Part shown: positions 57,584 through 64,000 of the stretch, in pieces
How the letters are laid out: each line of letters starts with the position of its first letter
Numbering within the stretch: position 1 is the first letter of the stretch
Assembly (NCBI RefSeq): GCF_937876535.1
Contig: NZ_CALFHZ010000014.1
Location: 1,343-65,342, forward strand
Source: an uncultured Thiothrix sp.
GTDB lineage: Bacteria > Pseudomonadota > Gammaproteobacteria > Thiotrichales > Thiotrichaceae
Length of the DNA: 64,000 nucleotides
Direction: 5' to 3'
The notes under the pieces: generated by a model
What the model saw: the letters and a program-made list of their open reading frames with translations, nothing else
Databases searched by the model: none
Told to the model about the DNA's origin: nothing
Position numbers and translations under genes: made by a program

Positions 57584-58293
57584 TGAAAAATCAAAAAACT
57601 GAAGTCGATTTAGTGTTTGAACGCTATTCCAAACGAAATGTAGGGAATCGTTACAACATATTAAATGCTGATGTATGGAAAAGTACTTATGAACGCAATC
57701 AAAGTATTCTAAAAATATTAGCGCGATATTGCGATACAAATCTAGCACAAAAAACATTATTAGAGGTAGGTTGTGGGAATGGGAGAAATTTGCTAGATTG
57801 TTTGCGCTTTGGTTTCACACCGTCACTGCTAACAGGTATAGAGCTTCTTCCTGAGCAAGTGAACATTGCAAAAAATATATTACCCTCTTCTGTAAATATA
57901 TATAAAGGTGATGCTTTATCCATACAGATTCCAATAAACAGTCAAGATATAGTTTTTCAATCCGTTGTTTTTTCATCTTTATTAGATAATAATTTTCAAT
58001 CTGCGTTAGCAATTAAGATGTGGCAATGGCTAAAACCCGGAGGTGGAATACTCTGGTATGACTTTATATTCAACAACCCATCCAACCCCGATGTTCGTGG
58101 CGTTCCATTGAAACGAGTACGTGAACTTTTTCCTGATGGAAAGCTGATCGTAAAACGAGTCACATTAGCACCACCAATTAGTCGTCGTGTATGCAAAATT
58201 CACCCAAATCTTTACCATCTGTTTAACATGATCCCTTGGTTACGTACTCACGTACTCATTTGGATAGAAAAACCAAAAGTAAGTGTACCATGA
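57583..58293 (+). CDS. Class I SAM-dependent methyltransferase
   Basis: Motif I is [12 protein letters not shown]. The start overlaps the GT2 stop. Confidence 0.75.
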   Translation: MKNQKTEVDLVFERYSKRNVGNRYNILNADVWKSTYERNQSILKILARYCDTNLAQKTLLEVGCGNGRNLLDCLRFGFTPSLLTGIELLPEQVNIAKNILPSSVNIYKGDALSIQIPINSQDIVFQSVVFSSLLDNNFQSALAIKMWQWLKPGGGILWYDFIFNNPSNPDVRGVPLKRVRELFPDGKLIVKRVTLAPPISRRVCKIHPNLYHLFNMIPWLRTHVLIWIEKPKVSVP

Positions 58294-59447
58294 CAGCACA
58301 ACCTTTTCTTCCTTTCGCCCTCCCCGACATCGACGAAGCTGAAATCACCGAAGTCGTTGACTCACTCCGTTCCGGCTGGGTCACAACCGGCCCTAAAACC
58401 AAACGCTTTGAAGCCGACTTCGCAGAATTCATGGGTGGAAATTGTGAAGCCATTTCCGTCAACTCTGCTACCGCAGGCTTACATTTAGCACTCGAAGCTA
58501 TCGGTATCAGCGCAGGCGATGAAGTCATAACCACACCCTATACCTTCACCGCCACTGCCGAAGTCATCCGTTATTTAGGCGCACACCCTGTTTTTGTTGA
58601 TCTTGATCCCAATACCTTCAATATTGATCCCAGCAAAATTGAAGACGCCATCACTCCCAAAACCAAAGCGATTATTCCTGTCCACTTCGCTGGTTTAGCT
58701 TGTGATATGACGAACATCTTAGCTATTGCCCGTAAACACAAGCTTAAAGTAGTCGAAGATGCCGCCCATGCCCTGCCCACGCGTTACCAAGGAAAGTTAA
58801 TTGGTGCACTAGATAGCGATGTCACCGTTTTCAGCTTCTACGCCACAAAAACCATCACTACTGGCGAAGGTGGTATGATTGTAACGCGCGACCCAATAAT
58901 AGCTGCTCGCTGCAAAGTCATGCGATTGCATGGCATCAGTCGTGATGCTTTTGACCGCTATACATCCAACAAATCCTCTTGGCATTATGAAGTTGTAGCA
59001 CCTGGTTTTAAATACAACCTTACTGATTTGGCCTCTTCTCTAGGTATCCACCAGTTAAAAAAAGCAATTAGATTTCAAAAGCGCCGTCAGGAAATGGCAG
59101 AGACCTATACAAAAGCATTAGCAGATCTACCAATTTTAACTCCACCTAATGCGCCATTGGGAGATACGCATGCTTGGCATCTCTATGTGTTACGCCTTAA
59201 ACCTGATGTTACTATCGCACGTGATCATTTTATGGAGGAAATGCTAAAGCGAGGTATTGGCTGTAGCGTCCATTTTATTCCATTACACTTACACCCCTAT
59301 TGGCGTGATACGTATGATTTAAAATCAGAAGACTTTCCTTATGCATTATCAACTTATAAGCAAGCGATAAGCCTTCCACTTTATACGAAAATGACTGATG
59401 CAGACCAAACTAGAGTAATTAGTACAATCAGGGAAATTCTCGAATAA
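58290..59447 (+). CDS. DegT/DnrJ/EryC1-family PLP-dependent sugar aminotransferase (PglE/WbpE-like)
   Basis: Contains [13 protein letters not shown] and a FYATK lysine motif. I chose the start at 58290 (an ATGA overlap with the methyltransferase stop). Confidence 0.9.
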   Translation: MTAQPFLPFALPDIDEAEITEVVDSLRSGWVTTGPKTKRFEADFAEFMGGNCEAISVNSATAGLHLALEAIGISAGDEVITTPYTFTATAEVIRYLGAHPVFVDLDPNTFNIDPSKIEDAITPKTKAIIPVHFAGLACDMTNILAIARKHKLKVVEDAAHALPTRYQGKLIGALDSDVTVFSFYATKTITTGEGGMIVTRDPIIAARCKVMRLHGISRDAFDRYTSNKSSWHYEVVAPGFKYNLTDLASSLGIHQLKKAIRFQKRRQEMAETYTKALADLPILTPPNAPLGDTHAWHLYVLRLKPDVTIARDHFMEEMLKRGIGCSVHFIPLHLHPYWRDTYDLKSEDFPYALSTYKQAISLPLYTKMTDADQTRVISTIREILE

Positions 59448-60040
59448 TGATTAAACGGTTATTTGATCTTTTTTTCTCTATTTTAGGTTTGATAGTTTTA
59501 AGCCCTATCTTATTAATGATTGCTATATGGGTTAAATGGGATTCAGAGGGTCCAGTTTTCTTTCGCCAAGAGCGTGTAGGCCAATTTGGTAAGACCTTTT
59601 ACATTCATAAGTTCCGAACTATGATAGTAAATGCAGAAAAATATGGAATGCAGATTACTGTCAGTAACGACTCAAGAATCACACGCTCTGGATTTATTTT
59701 AAGACGTTATAAACTTGATGAACTACCCCAATTAATCGATGTCTTTTTAGGAAGAATGAGTTTTGTGGGTCCTCGTCCAGAAGTACCTAAATATGTCAAC
59801 TACTACCCTAGCTCACTAAAAGAAATAGTTTTATCTGTTAAACCAGGTATTACTGATTTAGCTTCGATTGAATTTTATGATGAAAACAAGTTGTTAGGGC
59901 AGTCTTCGGATCCAGAAAAAACCTATAAAGAGAAAATTCTACCTATAAAACTACAGTATTGTGTTGATTATGTTAATAAAAAAAATTTATGGCATGATGT
60001 TCTTATTATATTAAAAACTCTTAAAGTGATTTCTAGATAG
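59447..60040 (+). CDS. Small monotopic phosphoglycosyl transferase (Bac_transf, PglC/WbpL-type initiating enzyme)
   Basis: Contains KRLFDLFFS, the re-entrant helix, GPVFFRQERVG, KFRTM, DELPQL and VGPRP. Confidence 0.9.
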   Translation: MIKRLFDLFFSILGLIVLSPILLMIAIWVKWDSEGPVFFRQERVGQFGKTFYIHKFRTMIVNAEKYGMQITVSNDSRITRSGFILRRYKLDELPQLIDVFLGRMSFVGPRPEVPKYVNYYPSSLKEIVLSVKPGITDLASIEFYDENKLLGQSSDPEKTYKEKILPIKLQYCVDYVNKKNLWHDVLIILKTLKVISR

Positions 60041-60064
60041 TCTTACTACTGAGATAAAGTAATC

Positions 60065-61957
60065 ATGTCTAAAATAAAAAATATATTTTTTCTGCCCCGC
60101 TGGCAAAAACGTCTCGTCATTATTGGCTTAGATATTGTCCTTTTGCCATTTGCACTCTGGCTAAGCTATGCTTTACGGTTAGGCACTTGGACTCCCAAAC
60201 TAAATGATGGCATCTGGTTAATAATTATTGTACCAGTTATTACCATCCCTATTTTCATTCGACTTGGTCTATATAGGGCAATTATTCGTTTTTTAGGTCA
60301 TAAAGCTATTATAACAGCTTTACAGGGCGTCATTTTCTCAACTTTCGGACTAGTAGTTATAACCTATTTATTTAATCTTAAAGGAATACCCAGTTCGATT
60401 TATCCTATTTACTTAGGAACTGCCTTTCTATTAGTAGGTGCGAGTCGTTATATGATACGACGCTACTATAATTTCTTGTACCACAAAGATAACCGTATTC
60501 CAGTGGCCATTTATGGTGCTGGCTCTTCAGGTGCTCAATTAGCTCAAGCGCTATTTAGCAGCCCTGAGTATGCACCTTTATTCTTTATTGATGATGATAA
60601 AACATTACAGGGGGCGTATATACATAGCCTTAAAGTTTACCCTCTGAATAAGTTTCAAGAGTTAATTGAACTACATGATATTAAGCAAGTATTGCTGGCT
60701 GTTCCCTCAGCCTCAGCTAGTCGCCGCCAAGAAATATTACAAAGTCTAGAGCAATACCCTGTCTATGTGCGCTCTATACCAGGTATGGCCGATTTAGTGT
60801 CTGGTAAAAGTAGCATTGAAGAAATTAGAGAAATCGAAATTGATGAATTACTTGGGAGACAAACAGTTAATCCTCAACAAGAATTGCTAGAGCATTGTAT
60901 CAAAAATAAAAATATTTTAGTGACTGGTGCTGGTGGATCAATCGGTTCGGAACTTTGTCGACAAATTTTACAACTTCAACCCGAATCCTTAATTTTATTT
61001 GAACTTTCAGAGTTTAGTCTTTACCAAATTGAAAAAGAACTAAGTGAGCTGATTGAAAGAGATAAATCTACCATCAAGCTTGTTGCATTATTAGGCTCTG
61101 TTCAAGACCAAGCGCGCTTAGAATCTGCTTTGACTGACTACCATGTTCATACTCTCTACCATGCAGCTGCTTATAAGCATGTACCCTTGGTAGAACATAA
61201 TCCTATTGAAGGTATAAAAAACAATGCACTTGGTACATGGTGTGCTGCCTCTGCTGCTTTTAATGCAAAAATAGATCACTTTGTCTTAATTTCTACAGAT
61301 AAAGCAGTCCGTCCTACTAATGTCATGGGGGCTACCAAACGTATTGCTGAATTAGTTTTACAAGGCTTTGCCCAAAGAGAGAGTAAAACACGCTTTGCGA
61401 TGGTGCGATTTGGTAATGTGCTAGGTTCTTCTGGCTCAGTAGTTCCTTTATTCAGACGGCAAATAAAAACAGGGGGTCCCATCACCGTTACACATCCTGA
61501 TATCATTCGTTACTTCATGACTATTCCCGAAGCTGCTCAATTGGTTATTCAGGCAGGTGCAATGGCAACAGGTGGAGAAGTATTTCTTTTGGATATGGGT
61601 ACGCCAGTGAAAATTGTCGACTTAGCAAAGCGCATGATTCGCTTAAGTGGTTTAGAAATAAAAGATGAACAGAATCCAGATGGAGATATAACAATTCAAT
61701 TCACTGGCTTACGCCCTGGTGAAAAACTCTATGAGGAATTACTCATTGAAAGTAATGCAGAAGCGACTTCGCACCCAAGGATATTTAAGGCTAATGAAAG
61801 CTGTCTACCTTGGAATGAAACTGAAAACTTAATCAAACGGATGATTCAAGCTACGCAACAAACAAATCTAATATATGCTTACGATTTATTAGAAAAATAT
61901 GTGTCTGGCTATCAAAAATTCATACATAAACCTGTTATTACTTCCCAGGCCGCATAA
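60065..61957 (+). CDS. CapD/PglF/WbpM-family membrane-anchored UDP-HexNAc 4,6-dehydratase
   Basis: Four N-terminal TM helices are followed by two Rossmann segments (IYGAGSSG and VTGAGGSIGSEL) and AAYKHVP. Confidence 0.9.
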   Translation: MSKIKNIFFLPRWQKRLVIIGLDIVLLPFALWLSYALRLGTWTPKLNDGIWLIIIVPVITIPIFIRLGLYRAIIRFLGHKAIITALQGVIFSTFGLVVITYLFNLKGIPSSIYPIYLGTAFLLVGASRYMIRRYYNFLYHKDNRIPVAIYGAGSSGAQLAQALFSSPEYAPLFFIDDDKTLQGAYIHSLKVYPLNKFQELIELHDIKQVLLAVPSASASRRQEILQSLEQYPVYVRSIPGMADLVSGKSSIEEIREIEIDELLGRQTVNPQQELLEHCIKNKNILVTGAGGSIGSELCRQILQLQPESLILFELSEFSLYQIEKELSELIERDKSTIKLVALLGSVQDQARLESALTDYHVHTLYHAAAYKHVPLVEHNPIEGIKNNALGTWCAASAAFNAKIDHFVLISTDKAVRPTNVMGATKRIAELVLQGFAQRESKTRFAMVRFGNVLGSSGSVVPLFRRQIKTGGPITVTHPDIIRYFMTIPEAAQLVIQAGAMATGGEVFLLDMGTPVKIVDLAKRMIRLSGLEIKDEQNPDGDITIQFTGLRPGEKLYEELLIESNAEATSHPRIFKANESCLPWNETENLIKRMIQATQQTNLIYAYDLLEKYVSGYQKFIHKPVITSQAA

Positions 61958-62167
61958 TAGTTATATAATATCAAAGAACCACAACTTAAGTAACAAACTT
62001 AATAGTAAAGTATGTGTTCTTTTGAATCCAAATTCATCGAAATAATCCACTAAATGATTGCTACTATGCTCGGCTATTTCTGTGATAACTGTGCACTCTA
62101 TTCATAGCTATCGTTGAATTATATAGTATTTAAATTAGGTGGTAATGCCTGATTAGATTTGAAAGTG

Positions 62168-62275
62168 CTAACGATTTATAAAATCTTCAATGACTTTATG
62201 GTGAAAGGCACTCGATTTAGAAAAACAAATCGCTCGTTGCATGAGTCGCTTGATATGTATACGCAAGGTCAGGTT
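62168..62275 (-). mobile_element. Third IS1-family transposase relic (C-terminal ~35 codons), inverted relative to the two at 53.5-53.9 kb
   Basis: The minus-strand hand translation is NLTLRIHIKRLMQRAICFSKSSAFHHKVIEDFINR*, homologous to the relic at 53745-53885. It is preceded by a stop codon. Confidence 0.7.
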
Positions 62276-62415
62276 TTAGCTCCCTATGCTTTGGGTATAG
62301 GGTTTACTTCTAGGGGTATAGGATTTCTCTTGGACGGATCGGGTTTTTTAAATGAGCTAACACAGAAGGCTTTTTAGACTATAATCCTTCTAATTTTTAA
62401 GAGCATCTAAAACGT

Positions 62416-63126
62416 ATGCATAAATTACCTCACATTTATCAACTCGCAGCAGTTAGTTTATTCGTGTCTGCTTGTAGCACAAGCCCTAGTCTAGATACTA
62501 CTGCAGGTAGTTCTTCATCTGTAGAAATTGCTAGCATTTTTTCTAGCATTAGTGAGCTTGACTACACTCCAACTCAACAAGACTACAAAATTGGTAGTAA
62601 TGATTTACTAGATATTAAAGTCTTCCAAGCTCCTGAACTTTCTCAACCTGTACGCGTTGATCCACGTGGTAATATTTCACTCCCACTAATTGGCACCCTA
62701 CGAGTTGAAGGTTTAAGTCAGGGACAACTTGAAAAACAGTTAGCACAAAAACTAGGGGCAACTTACTTAAAAGACCCGCAAGTTACAGTTTTTATTCAAG
62801 AGTTCACCTCCCAACGTGTTACTGTCGAAGGAGCAGTCAAGACAGCTGGGGTCTTCCCTATTAAAGGTGATATGACTTTAGTCCAAGCCATCGCACTTTC
62901 AGGTGGTTTGGATAGCCTTGCCGATCCTAGCAAAACTGTCCTATTCCGAAAGCAAGGAAATAGCTTAAAGGCCTATAACCTTGATTTGAACGCTATACGT
63001 GATGGCAAGATGCGTGATCCTTATCTAAGAAATGATGATCGAATTATTGTTCATCGCTCTGATACCCGTTTCTGGCTACGTGAGGTAGGTTCCTTACTAA
63101 ACCCATTTAGCATTCTCAAACCCTAA
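62416..63126 (+). CDS. wza: Outer-membrane polysaccharide export lipoprotein (Wza/OPX family, short form)
   Basis: The lipobox is FVSAC. A Poly_export motif (YKIGSNDLLDIKVF) and one SLBB-like domain are present. At 236 aa it lacks a Wza-type C-terminal helix domain. Confidence 0.85.
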   Translation: MHKLPHIYQLAAVSLFVSACSTSPSLDTTAGSSSSVEIASIFSSISELDYTPTQQDYKIGSNDLLDIKVFQAPELSQPVRVDPRGNISLPLIGTLRVEGLSQGQLEKQLAQKLGATYLKDPQVTVFIQEFTSQRVTVEGAVKTAGVFPIKGDMTLVQAIALSGGLDSLADPSKTVLFRKQGNSLKAYNLDLNAIRDGKMRDPYLRNDDRIIVHRSDTRFWLREVGSLLNPFSILKP

Positions 63127-63152
63127 CAACTACAGTAAATATAGAGTTGTCA

Positions 63153-64000
63153 ATGTATTCCCAGAACTATCTTAGTAATTTACCTGAGCAAGATAAATCT
63201 GCTCTAGTCTTACATGCTAACAATCAAATTTTCAAACCTTCTGATTATCGTGAAGAACTTGCTGATGAAGATGATGAAATTGATTTGCGCGAACTTTGGC
63301 AAGTTATTGTAAGGCGTAAGTGGCTAATTTTAAGTATTGCCCTCTTAGTGTTGGCTTTGACTGTCATTATCACTTTTATGATGACACCCATTTATAGAGC
63401 AAGTACAACTCTACAAATTGATCCTGAAAATCAAAATATTTTGAAATACGATATTCAAGCACAAGCTCAGAATAATAACGTTAATTCAAAAGACTTTTAT
63501 CAAACTCAGTATGAGTTATTACAAAGTGGCACTTTAGCTAATCGAGTCATTGAGCAATTAGGTTTAGAATCTGTATTAAAAGGAGATCAATTAGCCAAGC
63601 CTTTCTTTGCTGAGCAATGGGATAACTTTAAGCAATCGTTTGCTAATGATAAAAAGTCTTCTGAAGAGACTAGTACACCTGAACCACAAGAAGTATCATT
63701 AGGAGAAAAGCCTTTATCTGAATATTTCTTAAACAATGTATCAGTTGCCCCAGTAAAAAACTCACAAATAGTAACTGTACATTATGATGATACTAATCCT
63801 AAACGGGCTTCTGATGTGGCTAATGCTATAGCTGATAATTTTATTGAGCTAAATTTAGAACGTCGCCGCAATGCTGCTCAATATGCAGAGCAGAAACTTA
63901 AAGAAGAAGTAACGTTAGCTCAAGGTCGTATGTTGGAATCTGAAGCAAAATTAAATAATTATGCTAAAGACAAAGGCATTATTGTTACTGATGATAAAGA
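63153..64000 (+). CDS. wzc: Polysaccharide co-polymerase / tyrosine autokinase (Wzc/PCP-2a), 5' part; continues beyond the window
   Basis: Hand translation from the ATG at 63153 gives a Wzz-domain start, IDLRELWQVIVRRKWLILSIALLVLALTVIITFMMTPIYRASTTLQI, followed by coiled coil. The frame stays open to the window end. Confidence 0.8.
   Translation, partial: MYSQNYLSNLPEQDKSALVLHANNQIFKPSDYREELADEDDEIDLRELWQVIVRRKWLILSIALLVLALTVIITFMMTPIYRASTTLQIDPENQNILKYDIQAQAQNNNVNSKDFYQTQYELLQSGTLANRVIEQLGLESVLKGDQLAKPFFAEQWDNFKQSFANDKKSSEETSTPEPQEVSLGEKPLSEYFLNNVSVAPVKNSQIVTVHYDDTNPKRASDVANAIADNFIELNLERRRNAAQYAEQKLKEEVTLAQGRMLESEAKLNNYAKDKGIIVTDDK

Noticed and set aside
62159-62377. 72-aa plus-strand ORF upstream of wza.
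   Set aside because: It starts with TTG and has no RBS. The opposite strand over the same bases encodes a clear IS1-family transposase relic, so this ORF is most likely spurious.

Overview
The window looks like a gammaproteobacterial chromosome segment, judged from synteny: tmk-holB-pilZ, fabD-fabG-acpP-fabF-mltG, infA facing clpSA, and icd next to nudJ-mnmA-hflD. All product calls come from motifs I recognise in the supplied translations; no searches were run. From left to right it holds: (1) a decayed island junction at 1-1450, with an iteron-like GGTAATA array, a tRNA 3'-end fragment and a truncated P4-type integrase; (2) about 17 kb of housekeeping genes; (3) an orphan RND pump that appears operonic with a 961-aa PRTase/AMMECR1/toroid fusion protein, next to a gene for a protein built from PE[VI]K tetrads; (4) an MFS transporter, nhaA and blc; (5) a Fur-controlled iron module (tonB-exbD-exbB, a TonB-dependent receptor, a PiuC-like oxygenase and an orphan FbpA-like binding protein); (6) a nitrate-assimilation regulon (nasTS, narK plus a PP2C-kinase, nirBD-nasA) with three readable sigma54 promoters and two ANTAR-type leader attenuators. 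This regulon is split by unrelated cargo. The strongest candidate for a new system is an AT-rich insertion carrying a Phd/YefM-like gene and a standalone OLD-family ABC-ATPase/TOPRIM nuclease, wedged directly against the nirB promoter; (7) nasA carries an in-frame palindromic insertion; (8) a very AT-rich Wzx/Wzy-type glycan cluster (wzx, wzy, GT2, methyltransferase, PglE/PglC/PglF-like genes) is bracketed by three IS1-family transposase relics and followed by wza and a partial wzc. I found no intact tRNA, rRNA or CRISPR array.
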